This document shows, in pieces, positions 47,859 to 56,484 of a stretch of 64,000 nucleotides of DNA (the first letter of the stretch is position 1; each line of letters starts with the position of its first letter). The translations under genes and the position numbers were made by a program. The notes under the pieces were generated by a model, which was not told where the DNA came from, ran no database searches, and saw only the letters and a list, made by a program, of their open reading frames with translations. This DNA is from Patescibacteria group bacterium (lineage in GTDB: Bacteria > Patescibacteriota > Minisyncoccia > Phycocordibacterales > SIBU01), in NCBI GenBank assembly GCA_040390045.1, contig JAZJZC010000004.1, positions 67,157 to 131,156 of the forward strand. Reading direction: 5' to 3'.

Positions 47859-48683
47859 CTAGCTTTTCTTTAAGGCGAGATCGATAAATTGTTTTAGAGC
47901 CGCCATGTTCAAGTCACCGCTAATTTGAATTTTAGTTTTAGTTTTATCGATTACAAGAATGTTGGGAGTGCCGGGTGGACTCTGCCTCAAAAATGTTTGA
48001 TTGATTTCCAATAATTTAGCTTCAGATGATGCAATTAGTGGGGTGCTGAGGACGAAAACCGTATTTGGCGTTCCATTGACGTTTGCATTTAGGCCATCCT
48101 CAAAGTCTTTCTTAACGACATCGGCGTTGTCACCATTTGCCAGACAAGCATTAAATTTTGCAACATCCAATTTCATATCCCCAGCAATTTTTGGCAATTG
48201 CGCTGGATCAAGTCCGTTATTAGAAGGCGTGACTTTAAAAACTCGGGTCACAAAATCCCAGAAGGCTGGATCACCACCTTGATCGAAAGCGCACTCAGCG
48301 GCTTCAGATTCCTTGGGAGATTTTGGATGAATATCGAGAGGGAAGTGACGATAGACCCACGCCAAGTCACCATTTTTGCCATATTGATCCATCAATAGAT
48401 TAAGTTTAACATCATAGTCTTTACAAAACGGACATTCCAAATCTGAAAATTCAACCATGGTGATGCGCGCATTTGGATTGCCTAAAAGGTGATCGCTGCT
48501 GTCAATTTTTCGAATATTAATTTCTTGTGGTTCAGAATCGGCAACAACTGAGCTCGGGAGCAACGACGTATCTGCCATCTGGCCTCCACCTCTAGAAAAA
48601 AAGACTGCGCCGCCAATAATAATACCAGCGAGAACAATCGCCATCGGTAGTGATAATTGAGTTTTTTGTGGTTCTGTTTCCAT
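47859..48683 (-). CDS. DsbA-family thiol:disulfide oxidoreductase, membrane-anchored
   Basis: CPFC active site and an N-terminal TM helix. Confidence 0.8.
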   Translation of the reverse strand: METEPQKTQLSLPMAIVLAGIIIGGAVFFSRGGGQMADTSLLPSSVVADSEPQEINIRKIDSSDHLLGNPNARITMVEFSDLECPFCKDYDVKLNLLMDQYGKNGDLAWVYRHFPLDIHPKSPKESEAAECAFDQGGDPAFWDFVTRVFKVTPSNNGLDPAQLPKIAGDMKLDVAKFNACLANGDNADVVKKDFEDGLNANVNGTPNTVFVLSTPLIASSEAKLLEINQTFLRQSPPGTPNILVIDKTKTKIQISGDLNMAALKQFIDLALKKS

Positions 48684-48758
48684 ACTTTAAAATTATTTTA
48701 GAATTGTAACATATGGCCAAATAATAAAATAGCGTCAAGTAACACTCGACGCTACACA

Positions 48759-49181
48759 TTATGGGAAACGAGCACCCAATGAGTTGGGAACCAACCTGAA
48801 AGTCAGATTTGTGCCTACCCAATGAGCAAAATATCTATCACCTGGAGGAACGGGGCTCAGGAGCTTAAAAAAGCGCATCTCACCGGCTCTCATCCAATTT
48901 GAATCCTCGCCCACCAAATTCTGCTGTAGAATCGCAAAAAAATTGGTAGTAATCGCATGATTGGTGGGGTTCACCGACACTTGCCATAACGAGGCATCGC
49001 ACCAGTAGAAACCATCAGTTAAGAGAGCTTGGTTTGCGGCGAGGCCCTCACAGCTTCCTGCAATGGGAGACTCCAGGGTTTTGCTGTTCTGTGGCTCTAC
49101 AGGAAATAGAACTGCCTGTAGTGACGCGAGCATCAGAACTGTTAAAAAGTTCAAATTCAACCAGTACTTTTTTAGATTCAT
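48759..49181 (-). CDS. secreted hypothetical protein
   Basis: Signal-peptide-like N-terminus; no known motif. Confidence 0.4.
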   Translation of the reverse strand: MNLKKYWLNLNFLTVLMLASLQAVLFPVEPQNSKTLESPIAGSCEGLAANQALLTDGFYWCDASLWQVSVNPTNHAITTNFFAILQQNLVGEDSNWMRAGEMRFFKLLSPVPPGDRYFAHWVGTNLTFRLVPNSLGARFP

Positions 49182-49248
49182 AGTTGACTCCTTTGTTCTA
49201 CTGGGATCAACTATACAAAGCTACCTGAATTAGTCAATTGACACCAAT

Positions 49249-49914
49249 TTACTCGAGTACACGCTCGGTGTACACCACCAACCTTTTACTGTAACTATGC
49301 ACTTTTTGAATCCAAACTCCGTCACAGGTAATTAAATTTAATTTCGCAATTGATCCTGTGGTATCAAAAATTTCAGCGAGCGGTGCATTTGAGTCATCAT
49401 AAATTGCAGTATTCACAACCTGAAAAGTAATTTTTTGTCCTGCTGTGTCTGTTACATACACCTGATCCCCGCGCTTCAATTGATCGAGATGAATGAACAC
49501 GGCATTAGCATCTCGCGCAGTGTCTAGGTGACCGTCAATCACTGCACTACCAGCCTCGCCGGGTTTTGGACTTTTATTAAACCATGCAACATCGGTAAAA
49601 TTATTTGGAATTCCAACACGTCCTGCCGCAGTAAGACCAACATTCTGAATGTTGGCGTCTATATTTATTGTCGGAATCACGAGCCTACTCGGTAATCCAA
49701 CATTTTTAACTGGGCCAACTGGATAGATAGGATTCACAAAACCCGTGATGTTCGACAATCTGTACAAAACATATCCGCCAAAGCCAACAACGACGACAGC
49801 CACAACAAAGGCATAGAGTCCCGTATGAGTTCGCGATTTATGGCGCCAGTGTTTTTGTGGTTCTGGAGCATGCCCGCCGTGTTCGCTATTTGGTGAGTGT
49901 GATTCCATATTCAT
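49249..49914 (-). CDS. sortase-family cysteine transpeptidase
   Basis: TM anchor plus LITCDG catalytic motif (TLxTC). Confidence 0.75.
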   Translation of the reverse strand: MNMESHSPNSEHGGHAPEPQKHWRHKSRTHTGLYAFVVAVVVVGFGGYVLYRLSNITGFVNPIYPVGPVKNVGLPSRLVIPTINIDANIQNVGLTAAGRVGIPNNFTDVAWFNKSPKPGEAGSAVIDGHLDTARDANAVFIHLDQLKRGDQVYVTDTAGQKITFQVVNTAIYDDSNAPLAEIFDTTGSIAKLNLITCDGVWIQKVHSYSKRLVVYTERVLE

Positions 49915-49925
49915 TCAATCATAAC

Positions 49926-50501
49926 CTAGAAGGGCAATGTGTAGTTCATAACTTGGGTTGAAACGCTCTCCCAATTACTCGGATCAAGTTTTATTTCCTT
50001 AACAACATTTCCTTCTTTATATTTAACGTGCTTGTTTTTCATTGCGTATTCGTAAATCTCCTTTGTGATTTTAACATCCTCAAGACAGTATTTTACCACT
50101 TTGTCCTTCTCACCATTTCGCCACCAGACAACAGCCTCAAGCCCATGGCCGGATTTATTTTTTCCAAGTGTAGCTTCAGCAATATCATCGAGTTTAATTC
50201 GGCGACCTAAAGAGGCGCGAATTTCCTTAAGAAGATCGAGGCTTTTAATTTTTGACAAATCACCCGGGTAATATTTATTGAGTAGGGGAATGTCGAAATG
50301 ATCAGAATTGTAGCCAATCAGCACATCGGTTTTTTCCAAAATTGGCCACAAATTTTTAAGATCCTCTTGAAAATAGCTCGAGTATTTATTAGTTTCAGAA
50401 TCGTGAATACAAATAACCGAAAGGTTCAGTTTCGAAGGGTCATTTGAGCCAACTTCAGCAAAAAGGTCAGAAGTTTCAATGTCGAAAGTGATTTTGCGCA
50501 T
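49926..50501 (-). CDS. DEDD-family 3'-5' exonuclease
   Basis: Exo I ITFDIETS, Exo II YNSDHFDIPLL, Exo III YCLEDV. Confidence 0.7.
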   Translation of the reverse strand: MRKITFDIETSDLFAEVGSNDPSKLNLSVICIHDSETNKYSSYFQEDLKNLWPILEKTDVLIGYNSDHFDIPLLNKYYPGDLSKIKSLDLLKEIRASLGRRIKLDDIAEATLGKNKSGHGLEAVVWWRNGEKDKVVKYCLEDVKITKEIYEYAMKNKHVKYKEGNVVKEIKLDPSNWESVSTQVMNYTLPF

Positions 50502-50681
50502 CCCGTAGTGAAAATTGGCTTGGTTTGCTGTTAAGCCAACCTTGCCAAATTTAAATTAAACAATTTTTTATAATCTAAACTCTCGCATTACTCGTGCATT
50601 CGTTTCCGCAAACAGCGAAGCCAATTTCTACTATCGGGACGCATCGGATAATTCTACCAGATATCTGGATTGTCACTAACC

Positions 50682-50710
50682 TTGACGTAAAGCTATCTTT
50701 GTGCTAATTT
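50682..50710 (+). promoter_or_regulatory. promoter candidate
   Basis: TTGACG-17-TAATTT upstream of the 50741 ORF. Confidence 0.4.
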
Positions 50711-50740
50711 GCTGTCAGCTCGTAGAAAAAATTTGAAAGA

Positions 50741-51058
50741 ATGAAAAATCGAGATCCAGAGCAGGCTCCGGGCTTCCCCTTTACAACAGCGGGGTCAGTC
50801 ATCGCGCTACTACTCGTAGTTGCGGGTATCTCTGTGATGGGATCCCTATTTACTGTAACGCGAGTGCACCAGGACGCAATTGAGGCGGAATCACCTGCCG
50901 AGAAGGGCTATCGTGTCAAGCTCTACTCCGGAGAAAGTACCGTAAGCGAGTGGAACACTGCCAAACAACCAAGTTTTGGCGTTGCGGGAATAGAATTCAA
51001 AACTCTGGCCGGCAAAAAAGTGTACCTCGATGGTACATGGTCAATCGAGGAAAAATAA
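50741..51058 (+). CDS. small membrane-anchored hypothetical protein
   Basis: Hydrophobic helix after a charged N-terminus. Flanked by a promoter and a terminator (51071-51104). Confidence 0.5.
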   Translation: MKNRDPEQAPGFPFTTAGSVIALLLVVAGISVMGSLFTVTRVHQDAIEAESPAEKGYRVKLYSGESTVSEWNTAKQPSFGVAGIEFKTLAGKKVYLDGTWSIEEK

Positions 51059-51182
51059 AATCTCGATCGTCGGCAAGCAATTCAGTGCTTGCCGATTTTT
51101 CTTTCTAAATTTAGACAGTAGTAACAGCTTGTTTTACAAAATTAATCATGATAATTTATTTACAGATGAGATTTTTTCAAAC

Positions 51183-51542
51183 ATGTTTACGACACAAATT
51201 GACCACCAGGAACTTGGAATTGTGAGGTGTCCCGTTCCAGTTAAGCAGCTAACCTTCGAACGGTTCGGCTGTAGCGTTTCTGCAGGATTTAGAGAGATAC
51301 TCGAGTTTGAAAACCTGAAAACTAAGCCCTCTAATATCGTCATCTGTTCCCACTCCTGGGCAGACGATACTCCAAGCACATATCAGGTAAGTTGGTGGCT
51401 AAATAAACAAGCGGCAATTCGGGCTTTTTCAGCGCCACCAGATAGTGAATTTTTAAGGTTACTTGGTCCACTTATGGGACTCATTGAACATAGCGTTCTT
51501 TCCGATCTACATAGGCCGTGGTTTTATCAGGGTTGGCGATGA
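51183..51542 (+). CDS. hypothetical protein (weak call)
   Basis: 120-aa ORF from an internal ATG. Convergent with the hisS 3' end. No motif. Confidence 0.25.
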   Translation: MFTTQIDHQELGIVRCPVPVKQLTFERFGCSVSAGFREILEFENLKTKPSNIVICSHSWADDTPSTYQVSWWLNKQAAIRAFSAPPDSEFLRLLGPLMGLIEHSVLSDLHRPWFYQGWR

Positions 51543-51591
51543 ATGATCTTTCCAAAATACCACTTAAATTTGGTATTTTTATTTTAAAATT

Positions 51592-52896
51592 TTACCCTAA
51601 AATATTTGCCAGATTGTCCTCTCCAGACTCCTTCTCCTCTCCAGTCTCCAAATTTTTAATTTTGAATTTTCCACTTTTAATTTCTTCTTCACCAACGACA
51701 AGAATAAACTTGGCGCCATGTTTATCGGCACGTTTGATTTGATCACCAACTTTTTTACCCGAGTAATCGACAATCACGGATTTTCCTGATGCACGTACTT
51801 TTTGAGCAAGTTCTTGTGCGAACTCAACTGTGTCGCCAATGGTGCAGATTGCCAGAGAAACAGAATTTTTTAAAATTGGCAGAAGATTATAGGTTTCCAA
51901 CACATCGCGGATAGTAACATCTCCCATACCAAATCCAATTGTAGGAATTTTTTCTTCACCAAAAATTTCAAGTAGATTATCATATCGCCCACCACCAAAA
52001 AGCGCACGGCGGTTATCAGGATTAAGATCAAAGATTTCAAAAACAATTCCGGTGTAATAATCAAACCCGCGCATCAAGGTTTGATCGAAAACCACATTCG
52101 TAATGCCTAAGTTTTCAAGCGCAGCCATTAAGTTTCTAATTTCGGCAAGTGCTTCCTCAAGTACTGTTTCTTTTGGCAAACGAGAAATGAATTCCTCAAA
52201 ATTTTTTGAATTTAAAAGCGTCAACAAAAAATTATCTTTTTCACCGACGGTTTCCGTAATTAATTTTTCAAAATCAGCCTTTGGCAACTTTTCTTTTCTA
52301 TCTATAATCTTAGCCACTTTTCCAGATTCTGATTCGGAAAGCCCCATGAGAGTCTGCAAAATGTAGTTAACAATTCTTCGACTGTTGATTCGAATTTCAA
52401 ACTGATCGTTTTTAATACCGAAACCCGACATGATTTCTGAAGCCAGCGAAATAATTTCTACTTCTGCCTGAATGCCTTCAACTCCAAAAATATCAACATT
52501 GAGTTGCCAATGTTCGCGCAATCTTCCACGTTGCGGCTTTTCATATCGAAAAAGATTTGGTGTTGAAAACCAGCGAACAGGGAAGGTGAGTTCTCTTTTT
52601 TTGGCGGCGATCATACGCGCCAAGGTTGGCGTCATTTCGGGTCGTAAAGTTACCTCCCGGTCGCCACGATCTTTAAAAGTGTAGGTTTGTTCGTTCACAA
52701 TTTCCTCGCCTGACTTAGCGCGATACAATTCTGCTGACTCGAGTATTGATGCTCCGTACTCCTCATACCCAAATTTTTGCGCAACGTTTCTCCAAACACC
52801 AAAAATATAATTTTGTATTGCTTGATCAGCAGGATAAAAATCTCGCACACCTTTGTAGCTTTCAGTTGAAATACTAGGTTTATTTTCACTTGACAT
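51592..52896 (-). CDS. hisS: histidine--tRNA ligase
   Basis: GVRDFYP, class II motifs, C-terminal anticodon-binding domain. Start at ATG 52894-52896 (MSSENK); the track extension upstream is not HisS-like. Confidence 0.88.
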   Translation of the reverse strand: MSSENKPSISTESYKGVRDFYPADQAIQNYIFGVWRNVAQKFGYEEYGASILESAELYRAKSGEEIVNEQTYTFKDRGDREVTLRPEMTPTLARMIAAKKRELTFPVRWFSTPNLFRYEKPQRGRLREHWQLNVDIFGVEGIQAEVEIISLASEIMSGFGIKNDQFEIRINSRRIVNYILQTLMGLSESESGKVAKIIDRKEKLPKADFEKLITETVGEKDNFLLTLLNSKNFEEFISRLPKETVLEEALAEIRNLMAALENLGITNVVFDQTLMRGFDYYTGIVFEIFDLNPDNRRALFGGGRYDNLLEIFGEEKIPTIGFGMGDVTIRDVLETYNLLPILKNSVSLAICTIGDTVEFAQELAQKVRASGKSVIVDYSGKKVGDQIKRADKHGAKFILVVGEEEIKSGKFKIKNLETGEEKESGEDNLANILG

Positions 52897-52961
52897 AGGT
52901 TGTATTTTAGCCGAAAGGTTACTATTTAACAAGAAAAAATCTCCTGTGTTCAGGAGATAGG

Positions 52962-53243
52962 TTACAGGTGACGTTTGGTCGGCTTGTGTAAATTGGCTCT
53001 GTGAACTCGACCGCGCCACATTAAAACGAAGGCGGAACCAAAAAACGTAAGAGCGGCGGCCGGAATCATCGCGACCAAAATGAACAAGCCTTGTGCGAAG
53101 TGATACGTTGGACTGAAAATCAAAAAAAGTAACCACGCGCAGAGGCCCCATAAGACGCAAAAAAGAACCGAATAGCTTGTGAATTTCATAGCAGTAAACT
53201 TCGATCCGCTAAAACTATAGCAAATTTTTCCATTTTTTGTCAT
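52962..53243 (-). CDS. small membrane protein (weak call)
   Basis: 93 aa with two hydrophobic helices. Confidence 0.3.
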   Translation of the reverse strand: MTKNGKICYSFSGSKFTAMKFTSYSVLFCVLWGLCAWLLFLIFSPTYHFAQGLFILVAMIPAAALTFFGSAFVLMWRGRVHRANLHKPTKRHL

Positions 53244-53257
53244 AATGCTCCACGCAA

Positions 53258-53345
53258 GGGCCTATAGTTCAGTGGCACCCGCCCGAACGTACCGAAACGG
53301 TAGTTCGGTACGGGCGGGGAACAAGTGGGCATGAGGTAGAGTTTG
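53258..53345 (+). pseudogene. tRNA-Ala 5' fragment duplicate disrupted by a GC-rich hairpin repeat
   Basis: First 18 nt identical to the tRNA-Ala 5' end. Then hairpin cccgcccgaacgtaccgaaacggtagttcggtacgggcgggg (53278-53319), then a decayed anticodon/variable-arm remnant. No T-arm or acceptor 3' strand. Confidence 0.6.
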
Positions 53346-53368
53346 AAATATTATAAAAATTAAAGCAC

Positions 53369-53439
53369 GGGCCTATAGTTCAGTGGTAGAACGCATCCAT
53401 GGCATGGATGAGGTAGGGGTTCGATTCCCCTTAGGTCCA
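53369..53439 (+). tRNA. tRNA-Ala (anticodon GGC)
   Basis: Cloverleaf with G3:U70 identity pair, anticodon loop atGGCat, T-loop ttcgatt. CCA not encoded. Confidence 0.85.
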
Positions 53440-53486
53440 CAAATTTCGGGGACTCAATTTGTGGACCTAAGCAAAGCAACTACTTG

Positions 53487-53640
53487 CTTTGCGGAGGGGA
53501 ATCGAACAGCGGAGTCATGTTTTTTCATCAGAAAAAACGGACGAGCTGGTGCCCAGACAAATTCGAGCGACGGCAAGAATTTAGTCGCGGGCGATTCACC
53601 CATATAGGCGTCAACTTGAAAAAGTGTTACCATTTTAACT
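53487..53640 (+). promoter_or_regulatory. structured leader upstream of TerC-family gene; weak yybP-ykoY (Mn2+) riboswitch-like candidate
   Basis: Several hairpins. GGAGGGGAAUCG, GUCAUG and GGCAAGAAUUUAG loosely echo conserved yybP-ykoY blocks, but GAGAC is absent. The gene context (TerC) is the classical one. Confidence 0.3.
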
Positions 53641-53645
53641 CTCTT

Positions 53646-54578
53646 ATGTCTTTAATTCTCACAATTCTCGGCCTAGCACTTTTTGAAATCATCAACAGCG
53701 TGGATAACGCGGTAATTAACGCTGAAGTCCTTTCAAAAATGAGTCAAAAATCCAGAAAGTGGTTCCTACTTTGGGGAGTTCTGTTGGCCGTTTTTCTTGT
53801 TCGTGGACTTTTGCCCTGGATAATTATTTGGCTCACCAGTGGCGAACTAACACTCTGGCAAGCCCTCGTTGCCACATTAAGTTCCAGTCCTGAAATTCAC
53901 ACATTGATCGAGCAATCGGCCCCGCCACTTCTTGTTGGCTCCGGCATCTTTTTAATTTTTCTTTTTCTTTATTGGTTATTTTTGGAGCAGAAATCTTACG
54001 GACTTATTGGCGAACGATTTATTCACCGTCATGGTCTATGGTTTTATACCGTTGCCTCAATTGTACTGACAATAATCGTGTGGATTTGCATCAAAATCAA
54101 TCCAATAATGGCGCTTGGAGCCGTCATCGGATCAACAGGATTTTTCATGGTCCATGGTTTTAAAGAAAATGCCGAAGCCGCAGAAAAAGAAATGTTGAGC
54201 GGGCAGGGAAATCTTTCTGACTGGTCAAAAATTTTCTACCTTGAGGCCATTGATGCCTGTTTCTCGATCGATGGAGTGCTCGGTGCCTTCGCCTTTACCC
54301 TTTCCGTGCCACTTATTCTTATTGGCAATGGCATCGGAGCTATTGTAGTTCGTCAGCTCACGATCGGTAACATTGATCGCGTCAAACAATTTGTGTTCCT
54401 TAAAAATGGCGCGATGTACTCAATCCTAGTTTTAGGTATCATCATGATCCTCGATTCATTCGGATTTCAAATTCCAACGTGGCTATCTCCGCTCGTCACC
54501 TTTATAATCATCGGCTACTTTTTCTATAAATCTGTTAAGCAAATTTCAAAATTAAATAGCACTGTTCCTTCTCTCTAA
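53646..54578 (+). CDS. TerC-family integral membrane protein
   Basis: Multi-pass TM protein with INSVDNAVINAEVL and SIDGVLGAF TerC-like motifs. Confidence 0.7.
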   Translation: MSLILTILGLALFEIINSVDNAVINAEVLSKMSQKSRKWFLLWGVLLAVFLVRGLLPWIIIWLTSGELTLWQALVATLSSSPEIHTLIEQSAPPLLVGSGIFLIFLFLYWLFLEQKSYGLIGERFIHRHGLWFYTVASIVLTIIVWICIKINPIMALGAVIGSTGFFMVHGFKENAEAAEKEMLSGQGNLSDWSKIFYLEAIDACFSIDGVLGAFAFTLSVPLILIGNGIGAIVVRQLTIGNIDRVKQFVFLKNGAMYSILVLGIIMILDSFGFQIPTWLSPLVTFIIIGYFFYKSVKQISKLNSTVPSL

Positions 54579-54661
54579 TTTTTGCGATTTTGTGTAAAAA
54601 TGCTATGCTTTTTCTGTTCCGCAATGTTACGTGTTCCATGTTTCGTGATGCATGATTTCGA

Positions 54662-54700
54662 GGCCCTATCGTCTATCGGCTAGGACACGGCCTTCGAAAG
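54662..54700 (+). pseudogene. tRNA-Glu-like 5' fragment
   Basis: ggccctatcgtctatcggctaggac closely matches the 5' half of tRNA-Glu. The anticodon stem is decayed and no T-arm or acceptor 3' strand follows. Confidence 0.5.
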
Positions 54701-54823
54701 GTGAGCTTGGGATTGGGACCCGAGCGCAAGACCTTGAGCGATCTGTCCTCAGAATGCGAAGGGTGTACAGCTCCTGTAAGGAGGGAAATGCGGGGTGAGT
54801 GTTTTGTGTTAAAATTGAAATTA

Positions 54824-54895
54824 TGGCCCTATCGTCTAACGGTTAGGACGGAGGCTTCTCAAGCCTTAAATCCGGGTTCGATTCCCGGTAGGGTC
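54824..54895 (+). tRNA. tRNA-Glu (anticodon CUC)
   Basis: 72-nt cloverleaf, anticodon loop ttCTCaa, T-loop ttcgatt. Confidence 0.85.
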
Positions 54896-54910
54896 ACATT
54901 TTGAAACAAA

Positions 54911-55849
54911 ATGGTTTTCAAAAGCCTCAAATCCATTTTAACCTTTGGTAGCAAGTTATTTCAAGTTAGAAAGAGTTCTGAAATATATAATGGTGGTAGA
55001 ATAGCACCAATGACAACTGATGAAAATAAAATATTTATAGAATTATCCGAACTTCTCAAAAGGGCTGTTAATTTAATCGAGTTACGTATAGAACAAATTG
55101 AAAATAAACATCCAGAATCCACAACTTCAAAGGCAGAGAAAGAGGCAGATGCATGTATAAGAACATTTTATGTTAGATCACTAAAACCGTACCGGGATAC
55201 AATATTATTTCTTTCGGAAGAAATCGTCCGAGAAAATGAGAAATATCATTTCTTTTTAGTACCACATGCTCGAAAACTCTTTGATATATATGTTCGATTT
55301 TTACATCTACTTGAAAACTGCGCTTCAGAAAATCAACGCGGGCTAGCATGTATTGCATACCAATTACTAGCATATAAAGGATTGAGAAATGAGAGTGTAT
55401 ATAACGAATTATTATCCATCAATAAGAACTTGCTGGATGAAGAAAAACGTACTTTTCCAAATTTTATTGATTTTGATTATTTATGGTATTTAAGAACGAG
55501 TGGTCTGGCATTTAAGACGACACGAGATTTATTTAAAGTGGATATTATAAATAAATATTCAAATCCTCCAATAAAAATATTTAGGGGACAAAATATTGTT
55601 GAACTATATGGTTCTATATCTGAGCTCTGCCACGGTAACCCTTATTATCATTACGATTCTCCCTATACTGAGAGATTTTGGGTTGCGACAATAAGTTTTA
55701 TGGTGACATCTTATCTCATTAATTTGACTGATACTTACATTTTGAATAAAACTTTACCACGAGATTTTCATGATTGGCTAAGAGAAGTCGATAAGGCCAG
55801 TCGTTCGATGGTTGCAATATGGAAAACAAAAAGAAGAACTACTCTATGA
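54911..55849 (+). CDS. AT-rich orphan hypothetical protein adjacent to tRNA-Glu
   Basis: 312-aa ORF starting 16 nt after the tRNA, with an alternative ATG at 55010. Markedly lower GC than neighbours. Contains RENEKYH (Rx5H) but no confident domain. Confidence 0.55.
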   Translation: MVFKSLKSILTFGSKLFQVRKSSEIYNGGRIAPMTTDENKIFIELSELLKRAVNLIELRIEQIENKHPESTTSKAEKEADACIRTFYVRSLKPYRDTILFLSEEIVRENEKYHFFLVPHARKLFDIYVRFLHLLENCASENQRGLACIAYQLLAYKGLRNESVYNELLSINKNLLDEEKRTFPNFIDFDYLWYLRTSGLAFKTTRDLFKVDIINKYSNPPIKIFRGQNIVELYGSISELCHGNPYYHYDSPYTERFWVATISFMVTSYLINLTDTYILNKTLPRDFHDWLREVDKASRSMVAIWKTKRRTTL

Positions 55850-55935
55850 AAAACTTACTATATAGACTTTGACAGCTGGTCTTTGCCGATTCCCAAAAAT
55901 TTGCTAATTTCGCCACAAAAGCATAGACTTAGCAA

Positions 55936-56460
55936 ATGAATAACTACCAAGACAGAGGAAACCGAGGCGGGGGATTTAGAGGTGGAAACGGAGGTGGTGG
56001 CGCGCCATATCAGAAGAAGACCTGGGGAGCTGACCGAGGTGGCGAGCGAGACAAACCGATGTTTAAGGCAACCTGTGCTGAGTGTGGCAAGGCTTGCGAA
56101 GTACCATTCCGACCAACAGGTGACAAACCGGTCTATTGCCGCGATTGTTTTAATAGTAAACGAGAACCGAGTGATTCACGAGGTGGCTCACGACCAGATT
56201 TTAGTAACAGAGCTCCGAGGAGAGATTTCGGTGACAAAGCAAGTTTCCGACCCGACACACGACCTGATCCACGACTTTCACTCGCCAACGACGAGCTCAA
56301 AAAACAGCTATCCGAAATTAGTTCCAAACTCGATCGACTTTTGTCGGTAATGGAGAAGGGAAGCGTGGCTAAAAAAGAAACCTCTGAGTCAGTAAAGTCT
56401 TCCGAAGAAACTCCCAAACCTAAAATATCAAAAACTCGAACTGGAAAAGCGAAAAAATAA
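55936..56460 (+). CDS. RGG-rich zinc-ribbon protein
   Basis: Gly/Arg-rich N-terminus, CAECGKAC...CRDC zinc ribbon, Lys/Ser-rich coiled C-terminus. Confidence 0.6.
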   Translation: MNNYQDRGNRGGGFRGGNGGGGAPYQKKTWGADRGGERDKPMFKATCAECGKACEVPFRPTGDKPVYCRDCFNSKREPSDSRGGSRPDFSNRAPRRDFGDKASFRPDTRPDPRLSLANDELKKQLSEISSKLDRLLSVMEKGSVAKKETSESVKSSEETPKPKISKTRTGKAKK

Positions 56461-56484
56461 ATTCAATCCCACTCACATCTCTGT

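Noticed and set aside
52897-53160. N-terminal 88-aa extension of hisS
   Set aside because: HisS homology begins at MSSENK..YKGVRDF. The extension is not synthetase-like.
53258-53345. Upstream tRNA-like copies (here and at 54662-54700) as functional tRNAs or intron-containing tRNAs
   Set aside because: No T-arm (GTTCGAWTC) and no acceptor 3' strand downstream. The inserted hairpin is in the D-loop region, not at the canonical intron site.
53383-53607. 74-aa plus ORF spanning tRNA-Ala
   Set aside because: Overlaps a confidently folded tRNA and a structured leader. Spurious.
54701-54904. 67-aa plus ORF spanning tRNA-Glu
   Set aside because: Overlaps the tRNA gene.
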